From: Candidatus Spyradenecus sp.
GTDB lineage: Bacteria > Verrucomicrobiota > Kiritimatiellia > RFP12 > DVOR01
Reading direction: 5' to 3'
NCBI GenBank assembly: GCA_045605345.1
Contig: JAZUPT010000016.1
Coordinates: 4,363-68,362 of the forward strand
DNA: 64,000 nt
A program made the position numbers and the translations under genes. This document shows, one piece after another, positions 39,192-47,995 of the stretch. Position 1 is the stretch's first letter; the number at the start of each line of letters is the position of its first letter. The notes under the pieces are model-generated. The model saw nothing but the letters and a program-made list of their open reading frames with translations. It searched no databases and had not been told where the DNA came from.

Positions 39192-39953
39192 TTAGAATGC
39201 CATGCCGCCGCTGACTGCGAGGGTCTGGCCAGTGATGTAAGAAGCTTCGTCGGAGGCGAGGAAGCGGATGGCGCGTGCCACGTCTTCGGGTTCGCCAAGT
39301 TCCTGAAGGGGAATCATCTTGGCCATAGCGTCCTTGGCTTCCTGAGAAAGCACTTCGGTCATCTTGGTCTTGATGAAGCCCGGTGCAACGGCGTTGCAAC
39401 GGATTTTCTTCTTACCGTATTCCTTGGAGATGGTCTTGGTCATGTTGATGACGCCAGCCTTTGCAGCGCCATAGTTGAGCTGACCAACGTTACCGAAGAG
39501 GCCGATGACCGAAGCGGTATTGATGATGACACCACCGCAGGGCTTACCATCAGGGCCCTTGTTCTTACCCATGGGACGGATGACGGCCTTGGAGAAGAGA
39601 TAGACGGACTTGAGGTTGGTCGCGATGACGGCATCCCATTCGGACTCTTCCATACGGAGGAGGAGGTTGTCGCGGGTGATACCTGCGTTGTTCACGAGGA
39701 TGTCCAAGCGGCCGAAGGCATCGACAGTCTGCTTGACGGCAGCTTCGACCTGATCGGCCTTAGAGACGTCGCACTGAATGGTGATGACCTTGTGACCATA
39801 GGCTTCGACTTCAGCCTTAGCGGTTTCGAGGAGGGCGGGGTTGAAGTCGAGGACTGCAACGTCTGCACCTGCTTCAGCGAGAGCCTTCGCGGTAGCGAGA
39901 CCAATACCACCACCAGAACCGGTGACGAGAGCAACTTTACCTGTGAAATCCAT
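39192..39953 (-). CDS. fabG: 3-oxoacyl-[ACP] reductase
   Basis: ALVTGSGGGIG, NNAG, and the SxnYxxxK catalytic signature. Confidence 0.9.
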   Translation of the reverse strand: MDFTGKVALVTGSGGGIGLATAKALAEAGADVAVLDFNPALLETAKAEVEAYGHKVITIQCDVSKADQVEAAVKQTVDAFGRLDILVNNAGITRDNLLLRMEESEWDAVIATNLKSVYLFSKAVIRPMGKNKGPDGKPCGGVIINTASVIGLFGNVGQLNYGAAKAGVINMTKTISKEYGKKKIRCNAVAPGFIKTKMTEVLSQEAKDAMAKMIPLQELGEPEDVARAIRFLASDEASYITGQTLAVSGGMAF

Positions 39954-39994
39954 GAGGTATTTCCTTTCTTTTCTCTTTGAGATTGGGGGAACGC

Positions 39995-40915
39995 TTAGGC
40001 AGTGACCTTGGCGAGCGTCGCGGTGAGCGAAGCGGTGTCCTGCACATTCGTGACGGCATTGGCCTTGTCAATACGACGGATGAGGCCAGAGAGCACCTTG
40101 CCGGGGCCAAATTCAGCGAAGAGACCACCATTCGGCATGACAGCCTTCACGCAATCAGAGAAGTGCACGGGGCTATCAACCTGCGTGAGCATGGCGGCCT
40201 TGATGGCTTCGCCGTCTTCTGCGTGGAAGGTGCCGGTGGCGTTGGAGAGCACAGGTACGGAGGGCTTGCCGAAGGGGATATCCTTGACGAATTCAGCGAG
40301 CTTTTCGCGTGCGGGGGTCATAAAGGGAGAGTGGAATGCGCCAGCAACCTGGAGCACCACGTTCTTGATACCAGCGGCTGTGGCGATTTCTGCGGCCTTT
40401 GCCACGGCTTCGTGGGTACCAGAGATCACCTGCTGAGCATCAGAGTTGATGTTCGAGACGGTGCAACCCGAGCCTTCGCAGATTTCCTTGAGCTGGTCAG
40501 GGCTTGCACCCATGATGGAAATCATGCCAGAGGGCTTGGCTTCGCAGGCTTCCTGCATGTACTTGCCACGAGCCTGGAGGATTTTGAGGGTGGTTTCGAA
40601 ATCGAGCACGCCAGCGGCGCAGAGTGCGGTCCATTCACCGAGTGAGAGACCTGCCATTGCGGCGGCGGGTGCATCGGGGCACTGCTTGCGGAAGGCGGTG
40701 TAGCAGGCCATCGAGACGGTGAAGATTGCAGGCTGGCAAACGTCAGACTTGGTCAGCGCCTCTGCTGGGCCTTCAAAGCAAATGGTTTTCAAATCGAATC
40801 CGAGCACTTCATTGGCCTTATCAAAGAGGGCCATGATTTCGGGATCGTTTTCAGCGAGGTCCTTGCCCATTCCGGGGAACTGAGCGCCTTGACCAGCAAA
40901 GAAACAATTCAACAT
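39995..40915 (-). CDS. fabD: malonyl-CoA:ACP transacylase
   Basis: FAGQGAQFPGMG, active-site GLSLGEW and GAFHSPFM. Confidence 0.9.
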   Translation of the reverse strand: MLNCFFAGQGAQFPGMGKDLAENDPEIMALFDKANEVLGFDLKTICFEGPAEALTKSDVCQPAIFTVSMACYTAFRKQCPDAPAAAMAGLSLGEWTALCAAGVLDFETTLKILQARGKYMQEACEAKPSGMISIMGASPDQLKEICEGSGCTVSNINSDAQQVISGTHEAVAKAAEIATAAGIKNVVLQVAGAFHSPFMTPAREKLAEFVKDIPFGKPSVPVLSNATGTFHAEDGEAIKAAMLTQVDSPVHFSDCVKAVMPNGGLFAEFGPGKVLSGLIRRIDKANAVTNVQDTASLTATLAKVTA

Positions 40916-40997
40916 GTTAAGGTCCTTTCAGTAAAACTAACGCATAGTTTAACGTTTTCCGCAAAAAGTTGCAATGGAAAATCCACCGTTAGGGCAA

Positions 40998-42089
40998 TTA
41001 TTCTGCTGCCGTACGGGTGGGTTGTTCCAATTCAGCTTCAAGCGGGATTTCGGGAAGTTGGGCAATGTTCTCAGCGATTTCCTTCGAAACATTGTTCGCT
41101 GCGGCACGAGAACCCGCACGGCAAGCATAGAAGATGGCCTTGTAGGTCGAAGAGCCGTGCGTGATAATCACTGCACCAGGCACACCCAAGAGGGGCGCAC
41201 CGCCGTGCACTTCGGGGTCCATCTGTTGCTTGAACTTCTTCAGCGCGGGAATCAGGAGGATTGCGGCGAGCTTATAGGCCAAGCGCGACTTGATGATGCG
41301 CTTCAACCATCCGCCCATTGCGTGAGCGGCGCTCTCCGCGGTCTTTAGAATCACGTTGCCAATGAAGCCATCGCAGACGATGACGTCGGTCTGGCCTTCA
41401 AAGACGTCGTGACCTTCCACGTTGCCCTTAAAGGTAATGCCGGGCGTGTAGTCGCGCAAAATCGGGAATGCATTTTTGGTCAATTCATTTCCCTTGCAAT
41501 CTTCCGTACCGATGCTCATCAAGCCAACTTCAGGCTTTTCACGACCGAGCACCAAGCGGCTATAGACATCGCCCATCACGGCGAATTCGCGCAACCATTC
41601 ATGATTGCAGTCGGTATTTGCGCCAGCATCGAGCAACAACAAGGGTCGATCTGCGTCGGCCGTCGGCAATACGGTAGCAATTGCCGGACGGGACACGCCC
41701 TTAATGCGGCCGAGGATAAAAAGCGCAGATGCCGCCATTGCCCCGGAGTTACCGGCAGAAACGGCGGCATCGGCAGTACCTTCCTTCACCATGCGCATAC
41801 AGACATTGATGGAACAATTCTTCTTGCGACGCACGGCGGCGGCTGGCGCGTCATCCATTGCGATGGATTCATCGGTATGGATAATCTTGACGCGGCCAGA
41901 CTCCAGCAACGTATTCACATCGGGAAGCGGACGAATTTTGGGATGACGTTGTGCAAGCGCGTTGCGGATAGCCGCTTCGTCGCCGACCAACATAATTTCA
42001 TCGTCCGTCTTAGCAGCGGCGAGCATGCCGCCCCAGACAATTTCATACGGCGCATTGTCGCCGCCCATGGCATCAAGTGCAATCCGCAT
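40998..42089 (-). CDS. plsX: phosphate acyltransferase PlsX
   Basis: MRIALDAMGGDNAP...GNSGAMAAS matches the PlsX signature. It lies directly upstream of fabD with no fabH between them. Confidence 0.9.
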   Translation of the reverse strand: MRIALDAMGGDNAPYEIVWGGMLAAAKTDDEIMLVGDEAAIRNALAQRHPKIRPLPDVNTLLESGRVKIIHTDESIAMDDAPAAAVRRKKNCSINVCMRMVKEGTADAAVSAGNSGAMAASALFILGRIKGVSRPAIATVLPTADADRPLLLLDAGANTDCNHEWLREFAVMGDVYSRLVLGREKPEVGLMSIGTEDCKGNELTKNAFPILRDYTPGITFKGNVEGHDVFEGQTDVIVCDGFIGNVILKTAESAAHAMGGWLKRIIKSRLAYKLAAILLIPALKKFKQQMDPEVHGGAPLLGVPGAVIITHGSSTYKAIFYACRAGSRAAANNVSKEIAENIAQLPEIPLEAELEQPTRTAAE

Positions 42090-42132
42090 CTCCGCCCCCT
42101 TTGTTTGTCGTTGCGAGAATGGTAATTATCGC

Positions 42133-42312
42133 TTAGGCCTCAACTTCGAGCACCTGGCGACCGTCATACTTACCGCAAGAGGGGCAAGCGCGGTGAGCCA
42201 AGCGAACTGCGCCGCATTCGCAAGTCACGGTGCCGGGCACGGTTGCCTTGATGTGTGCACGACGCTGACGAACGCGCATTTTGGACTTTTTACGTTTAGG
42301 AACTGCCATTTT
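42133..42312 (-). CDS. rpmF: 50S ribosomal protein L32 (59 aa; below the ORF-track length cut-off)
   Basis: Manual translation of the minus strand gives MAVPKRKKSKMRVRQRRAHIKATVPGTVTCECGAVRLAHRACPSCGKYDGRQVLEVEA, with the L32 N-terminus and Cys4 zinc ribbon. The stop is 40 nt upstream of the plsX start. Confidence 0.85.
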   Translation of the reverse strand, partial: KMAVPKRKKSKMRVRQRRAHIKATVPGTVTCECGAVRLAHRACPSCGKYDGRQVLEVEA

Positions 42313-42352
42313 CTGACTCTCTTTCTTTCTGTAAGCTTCTCGCTATTATGCT

Positions 42353-42832
42353 TTAAGCCATCCATCCGTCCAGCGCGTCCCAAGGAGAATTCCCCTCTCC
42401 TTTCGCGCAGCTACACGTTCTTTCATTCAGGTCTTGCCCGCAATGAAAACAGATGCCTTTGCAGTCTTCCTTGCAAATCGGATACGAAGGAAGAGCGAGT
42501 ATAATACCTTCTCGCACGGATTCCGTCAAGTCTAATATCTCTGTCCCAGCAATTTCAAAGGACTCGCAATAGGCTTTTTCCGAGAATTTTGTGTGATAAG
42601 TCTGCCCGCATCGGCTGCAAATGCACGCGCAAGCGAGCTGTAATGTCCCGCGAACCAAGAGCTCGTCGCCCAGTAATTCGCACTGTAAATCGTATTCAAC
42701 GTCCCCTTCAGGACGCAACTGCTCAAGGTCGTCCACCTCTAAGAAAATACGGCTCAGAGCACCTTTTAAGTGCTCATAACGCCCCTCGTCCAAACGGCCG
42801 AGATCAACGGTCAAACGCGCCGGTGTTTCCAA
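42353..42832 (-). CDS. yceD: YceD/DUF177 family protein (large-subunit rRNA maturation associated), start uncertain
   Basis: Paired CxxC...CxxC cysteines (CSRCGQ, CKGICFHC), a glutamate-rich acidic tract, and position immediately upstream of rpmF. The ORF-track ORF runs to 42982 but overlaps coaD by 180 nt. A TTG at 42832 (LETPARLTV...) reduces the overlap to 29 nt. Confidence 0.6.
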   Translation of the reverse strand: METPARLTVDLGRLDEGRYEHLKGALSRIFLEVDDLEQLRPEGDVEYDLQCELLGDELLVRGTLQLACACICSRCGQTYHTKFSEKAYCESFEIAGTEILDLTESVREGIILALPSYPICKEDCKGICFHCGQDLNERTCSCAKGEGNSPWDALDGWMA

Positions 42833-43355
42833 CAGATGCTCCTTGGATGCGTTGTTCCGGGTGTGCAGCAAGATACTCCTGCAGGTGCCGTTGCACACAC
42901 GCAGGCACAAAATGTGCCGTGTCACCGCCATAACGTGCCACTTCGCGCACGGTCGAGGCCGTGATGTAACTGTGCTCTTCATTCGGCATCAAGAACAGCG
43001 TCTCCACATCCGGGGCTAACTGACGATTGGTCAGCGCCATCTGGAATTCATACTCAAAGTCGCTGTAAGCACGCAGACCGCGCACCACAGCTCGTACGTT
43101 ATTCCGGTGGCAGAATTCGACCAACAGACAGTCCAACGGCTTCACCGTGGCATTCGTAATGCCCCCTTCAGCCAAGCACTCGCGCACCATCGCAACGCGT
43201 TCTTCAATCCCAAACAAGCGCGTCGGCTTCGGAGAAATCCCCGCCACCGCCACAATCAGATGATCAAAGAGCGCCGCACTACGACGAATAAGGTCGAAGT
43301 GCCCCTTGGTCATGGGATCAAATGTCCCTGGATAAACCGCTGTTGTCTCTTTCAT
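42804..43355 (-). CDS. coaD: phosphopantetheine adenylyltransferase
   Basis: MKETTAVYPGTFDPMTKGHFDLI matches the CoaD nucleotidyltransferase motif. The start is set at MKETT (cat at 43353-43355), 102 nt inside the ORF-track ORF. Confidence 0.85.
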   Translation of the reverse strand: MKETTAVYPGTFDPMTKGHFDLIRRSAALFDHLIVAVAGISPKPTRLFGIEERVAMVRECLAEGGITNATVKPLDCLLVEFCHRNNVRAVVRGLRAYSDFEYEFQMALTNRQLAPDVETLFLMPNEEHSYITASTVREVARYGGDTAHFVPACVQRHLQEYLAAHPEQRIQGASVGNTGAFDR

Positions 43356-43420
43356 GCACATAATTGTAACACAAAGTGCGCGCGCAATGCAAATGAGGGC
43401 ACCGAGGAGAGGTGGGAGGA

Positions 43421-43695
43421 TTACATGGGGGCGACGCCGCTCGTGGTTAGCGATCATAAACCATAAAGATTAGAGCAGCGATGAGACCTCCGAAGGCACG
43501 CCCCTTAGCATATGGCCACTTACAGACCGTCGCTTTTCTGCGCCCCCGCTCCCCCAGTAGTGTGATAATGATGCTCCCCAGTCACTGGTCTAAAGGGCCC
43601 ACCTAATGACGGGGGGCACCCTGCGAAGGGACACATGGGAGAAGGCCCCGAGGAGCTCCCCTGCTAAGGGGACAGAAATAAGCCGCCATTTCTCT
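43421..43695. repeat. intergenic region B carrying degenerate copies of the dispersed repeat modules
   Basis: 43425-43452 catgggggcgacgccgctcgtgg corresponds to gtgggggcgacgccgcccccac (50887). 43668-43690 ggacagaaataagccgcc corresponds to gggcagaaataagccgccg (12354). Confidence 0.4.
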
Positions 43696-43728
43696 GCGCT
43701 CCCTATAACAAGAGCGCTTGCGGTGGGA

Positions 43729-45015
43729 TTAGAGGGTGGCGAGGGCGTCTTCCATGGCGGAGATGAGGGTGTCGACGTGGGTGTCGGTGTGGGCGGCAGA
43801 GATGAAGTTGACCTCAAAGGCGGAGGGTTCGATGTAGATGCCGCGGGCTAACATGGCATGGAAGAAGCGGGCGTAGAGGGCAGTGTCGGCGGCTTGGGCG
43901 TCGGCGAGGTTGCGCACCGGGAGGGCGTTGGTCGCGAAGGGGGTGAAGACGGTCTGGTAGCTTTGGATGCGCATGGGAACGCCTGCTCGCGTGGCGGCAG
44001 CATTGAATGCGTCTGTGATGCGCGTCACCTTTGCGGCCATTTCAGCGTAAGGCGGGCGGGCGCGGAGTTCATCCAACACGGCAATGGCGGCGGCGACTGC
44101 GACTGGATTGCCCGAAAGGGTGCCAGCTTGGTAGACCTTTCCGTGTGGGGCAAGGGCATCCATAAACTCTGCTTTTGCACCAATTGCAGCCAAGGGGAAG
44201 CCGCCACCAATGACCTTTCCCATCGTGATGATGTCGGGTTCAATTCCTGCGGCATCACTGTAGAGACCATAACGGAAGCGGAAGGCATTGATGACTTCAT
44301 CGCAAATCAACAAAGCTCCTGCGCGATGGGCGAGGGTTTCTAATCCCTTCAAATAGCCCTCCACGGGCAGGACGCACCCCATGTTGCCCGCGACGGGCTC
44401 CACAATGACGGCGGCAATCCGTTCACCATGTGCAGCGAAGGCGCGTTCTGCGGCGGCGAGGTCGTTATACGGGATGACCAACGTATCGCGAGCGATGATT
44501 GCGGGCACCCCTGCGCTTGCGACTTCCGTGCCGTCACCTGCGGTCAATACGCCACTCCCTGCGCTCACAAGCAGGCTATCGCTGTGCCCATGGTAGCATC
44601 CCTCACACTTCAAAATGAGGTCACGGCCCGTCACGCCGCGCGCCAAGCGCACTGCGGTCATCACGGCTTCGGTGCCAGAATTGACTAAGCGCACCTTTTC
44701 AAGAAGCGGGCTCACGGCGACGAGACGTTCGGCCAACTCCACTTCACCAGGGGTGGCGATGCCGAAGGTCGTGCCCGTGGCGGCGGCCTTTGTGACCGCT
44801 TCTGTTACGAGTGGCGCGGCGTGGCCCAAAATCATGGCGCCCCACGAACAGCAACAGTCAATCAGTGTGCGTCCATCTGCGAGGGTAATCTCTGCGCCCT
44901 TACCCGAAGTCACGAAAATGGGCGTGCCCCCTACTGCATTAAAGGCACGCACAGGGGAATTGACGCCGCCTGGGATGAGTGTGCAAGCGCGGGAGTAAAT
45001 TTGGTCATGTGTCAT
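43729..45015 (-). CDS. hemL: glutamate-1-semialdehyde 2,1-aminomutase
   Basis: GGVNSPVRAF, the PLP region GTEAVMTAVRLARG, and MGKVIGGG with the PLP-lysine context. Confidence 0.9.
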   Translation of the reverse strand: MTHDQIYSRACTLIPGGVNSPVRAFNAVGGTPIFVTSGKGAEITLADGRTLIDCCCSWGAMILGHAAPLVTEAVTKAAATGTTFGIATPGEVELAERLVAVSPLLEKVRLVNSGTEAVMTAVRLARGVTGRDLILKCEGCYHGHSDSLLVSAGSGVLTAGDGTEVASAGVPAIIARDTLVIPYNDLAAAERAFAAHGERIAAVIVEPVAGNMGCVLPVEGYLKGLETLAHRAGALLICDEVINAFRFRYGLYSDAAGIEPDIITMGKVIGGGFPLAAIGAKAEFMDALAPHGKVYQAGTLSGNPVAVAAAIAVLDELRARPPYAEMAAKVTRITDAFNAAATRAGVPMRIQSYQTVFTPFATNALPVRNLADAQAADTALYARFFHAMLARGIYIEPSAFEVNFISAAHTDTHVDTLISAMEDALATL

Positions 45016-45027
45016 GAAAAAGAGTCC

Positions 45028-45474
45028 TTAAATGCCTGTGGATCCGAATCCACCTGTGCCACGTGCTGTGCAATCTGCTATTGCGCCCTCAGCAATCCCA
45101 ACGCGTAACACAGGCGCAATCACTAACTGTGCAATACGCATGCCCTGCGTAATCTCAAAGGCCTCCTGACCCAAATTGACGAGCAAGACCTTCACTTCTC
45201 CACGATAGCCCTCATCAATTGTGCCTGGGGCATTGATAACGGTGACGCCATGCTTAATTGAAAGCCCACTCCGCGGACGCACCTGCCCCTCTGTATTCGG
45301 GGGCAAGGCAATGCGCAGCCCCGTGGAGACTGCGGCGCGCTCGCCGGGTTGCAAGAGACGCGCCTCATCGGCGCAGAGATCCATCCCAGCATCACCAGGA
45401 TGGGCGTAAAAGGGAATCTGCGCAGTTGGGGTGAGCCGTTCAACGCGCAATGTCATCGGCTTAAAACTCATCAC
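45028..45474 (-). CDS. dut: dUTP diphosphatase
   Basis: PGDAGMDL, PRSGL, and the GTIDEGYRGEV motif 3. The start may be the internal MTLRV. Confidence 0.85.
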   Translation of the reverse strand: MMSFKPMTLRVERLTPTAQIPFYAHPGDAGMDLCADEARLLQPGERAAVSTGLRIALPPNTEGQVRPRSGLSIKHGVTVINAPGTIDEGYRGEVKVLLVNLGQEAFEITQGMRIAQLVIAPVLRVGIAEGAIADCTARGTGGFGSTGI

Positions 45475-45482
45475 ACACTCCT

Positions 45483-47966
45483 TTAGTTCGCAGATTTGAA
45501 TTTTATGGTAAAGGTACCTGAAGAATTCCCGCCGTTATGTCCCGAACAATGGATGCGCAAGACGTAATCCTCTAGGCCTGCACGGAGTTGATTCACGCGT
45601 AACTGGTAAACATTATTACTCGTGCGCCCCCCTGTATAACCCTCATGCACATCCTCTGCCACCTTCTTTTCACCTTCAAAGAGCTCTACCGAGTGAATCT
45701 GAAGGGCATGCCGGCCAGATGTCCAGCAAATAGCAACTTCATAAACCCCCGCACGGGTGATATACTCAGAGACACTGAAATCAAGGTGCGTTTTTCCTTT
45801 GACGCCATTGAGGCTCCACGGCACCCCTGCGGTAGAAGCGAAAGCTTCGGGCCACAGCTTATGCACCTGCACGGCCAAGGAGAGCGCCTCAGAGACACGG
45901 CTCATCAACTTTTTCTTACGATTCGGCGAGAGGACACCGCGATTTAAGAAGCGCGTATTCAGGGCATCCAAGGCGGGGCTAGGATTGCGTTTTTCCGCCT
46001 CTGCGTCAAAGAAGAGCTGCCAACGCTTCAAGTAGTAGTCACGCATCAAGCCTGCGAGCTGACGGTGGGCGTAATCATTCAACGAACCTCCGCGCCCGCT
46101 CCACGTGGTATACATACGGCGAATTGCCTTCGCGGCGGCCTCACCACCTGTGCGACGAGCAATCTCCTCACGCCATTCAAGCGTCCAACGCGGTTCGCAG
46201 GCGAGGAGTGCATCCATTTCACGAATAGCCTCAAGGAAATAGGCCGATGCGGCACCATCCTGACCCTGAGCCAACAACGGACGCGCCAAGTCAGAGAGCG
46301 CCTGACGTGTGGCATCAATGAGATCATAACGGAAGGTTTCTTGTTGCAACAACTCCGGATTCTCCTTCGCGGCATTGGCGAGTTGGAGTGCGGCGCGAAG
46401 CGTATCCTTAGCGGAATAGTACATCTCACCGCTCGCCCACGAAGAAGCCTTGCGCGCCGTCCAGGAAGGTTTCGCACAAAAGATGCTTTCGGTGCAACCC
46501 TCTTGGTCACGCAAGGGTTTATAGACCGACTTCGTGAGCAGTTTTAAGGCCTGAAGAATGCGCGGCGTAACCGTGCCATAACGGCGGCGCGCGTAAGCCT
46601 TCAACCATGTATCATAATCCTGGGTGGACATCACCTTTTCACGTGGCATGAAGAAACGTTCGGTGAACAATTCGTAGAAGAGCGGATTCGTTTCAAGCCC
46701 CTCAGAGAGCAAGCCGTAGCCCACCATTGTGGAAGCGCCCGATTGTCGCGTCAATTCACCGAGCTTCATCAACATCTCCACGCCACCATAGAGACCGTGA
46801 TTGCCACCAAAGTTCAACAACTCACACCACACCCACGGGACCCCCTGGAACGAACGGTTGTAACGTTGGCCATTCGCCTGATCCTTCACAAGGGCCTCAA
46901 TGAGGGCGTACCGAGGATCAAGGCCGGCGAGGAGTTCGGCGCGAGGATTGCCATGCCATGCTTGGATGACCCAGATGGCGCCCGGCGAGGCGAGCTGTTG
47001 AGCGGCCTGAACGGCGCGAGCGCAAGCGGTGACATCTACCCCTGCGGTGCTGCCACCCTCATGGAAAAGGTCACCCGCGAAGGCATCGGCGCGTTCAATG
47101 CCGTAGACCGTGAGCAGATTCTTGTACCAGATGGCGGCAATCTTTGCATACGTTTCACTATTGGGCAAGAGCAAGGTCGGACGCACAAAGCCATCGACCC
47201 AACGCCCCTGATTCACGAATTTCGCATCGACATATTCCGTCTTGGAGAGATACTGCGGTAAATCGTGGGGCAAGAGACCCACAAACCCCTGCAAAATCGG
47301 TTTCATGCCGAGCGCCTTTGTCTCAGCAACAATGTAACGGCCCAACTCGGCATCCGCATCAATACGCTCCTGAGAGAGCGGGCCGCCGAGACCTTCTAAG
47401 TTACCCATATTCCACCATGCGGCGGCGGCTTCATCAGGGATAAAGGCGGCGATGCGTTCTTCGGGGTAACCCAATTCGCGCAAGGTGAGTTGCCACACCT
47501 TCGGGAGACCCGCTTGGACGAGCGGCATCTCAAAGCCATACAAAGCGAGACGGTCAATCTCCTCGCGCCATTCGGGTTTGCCCCAAAAGGCCATGGTGTA
47601 AGAGAGCGTGCAATAATTGTAGGCAACCGTGCGCGTAAAGGCCGGTGTGTAGTGATGCGTCTTGCGCGGTTGGGGCATCGGCACATTCAGACGGTTGCCA
47701 CACCACGACCAGTGCGCCTGCGCCACATCACGGAGGTAGCAACCCAAACCTGCGGCAGCCAAGCGTTTGTCGGGCGCGATAATCTGGATATTGCTTCCGC
47801 CTGCGGGCGCCACAGTGATGCCATCGGCAGATTCATCTACCGTAAACTGCACGCGTTCCCTCAAGGAGGGCGAGATACGCGCGGCGAGATCCGTCAACGC
47901 ATCAGCGTATGACCACCCTGCGGCAAATAGTGCCACGGCGGCGATTAGGGTTCGAAAAACGTTCAT
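45483..47966 (-). CDS. secreted glycoside hydrolase family 89 alpha-N-acetylglucosaminidase with C-terminal ~130-aa beta-sandwich (CBM-like) domain
   Basis: Signal peptide MNVFRTLIAAVALFAAGWSYA. WWNMGNLEGLGGPLS...GMKPILQGFVGLLP parallels the human NAGLU WGRMGNLHTWDGPLP...GMTPVLPAFAGHVP block, and the NAGLU N/TIM/C architecture is present. Confidence 0.8.
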   Translation of the reverse strand: MNVFRTLIAAVALFAAGWSYADALTDLAARISPSLRERVQFTVDESADGITVAPAGGSNIQIIAPDKRLAAAGLGCYLRDVAQAHWSWCGNRLNVPMPQPRKTHHYTPAFTRTVAYNYCTLSYTMAFWGKPEWREEIDRLALYGFEMPLVQAGLPKVWQLTLRELGYPEERIAAFIPDEAAAAWWNMGNLEGLGGPLSQERIDADAELGRYIVAETKALGMKPILQGFVGLLPHDLPQYLSKTEYVDAKFVNQGRWVDGFVRPTLLLPNSETYAKIAAIWYKNLLTVYGIERADAFAGDLFHEGGSTAGVDVTACARAVQAAQQLASPGAIWVIQAWHGNPRAELLAGLDPRYALIEALVKDQANGQRYNRSFQGVPWVWCELLNFGGNHGLYGGVEMLMKLGELTRQSGASTMVGYGLLSEGLETNPLFYELFTERFFMPREKVMSTQDYDTWLKAYARRRYGTVTPRILQALKLLTKSVYKPLRDQEGCTESIFCAKPSWTARKASSWASGEMYYSAKDTLRAALQLANAAKENPELLQQETFRYDLIDATRQALSDLARPLLAQGQDGAASAYFLEAIREMDALLACEPRWTLEWREEIARRTGGEAAAKAIRRMYTTWSGRGGSLNDYAHRQLAGLMRDYYLKRWQLFFDAEAEKRNPSPALDALNTRFLNRGVLSPNRKKKLMSRVSEALSLAVQVHKLWPEAFASTAGVPWSLNGVKGKTHLDFSVSEYITRAGVYEVAICWTSGRHALQIHSVELFEGEKKVAEDVHEGYTGGRTSNNVYQLRVNQLRAGLEDYVLRIHCSGHNGGNSSGTFTIKFKSAN

Positions 47967-47995
47967 GATCTCATTTCCTTTCCGTAGAACAAAAC

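Noticed and set aside
42833-42982. Long N-terminal extension of yceD overlapping coaD by 180 nt
   Set aside because: DUF177 proteins are ~170 aa. The extension is Cys/Arg-rich with no conserved similarity and would overlap the conserved C-terminal half of CoaD, so a later (TTG) start is preferred.
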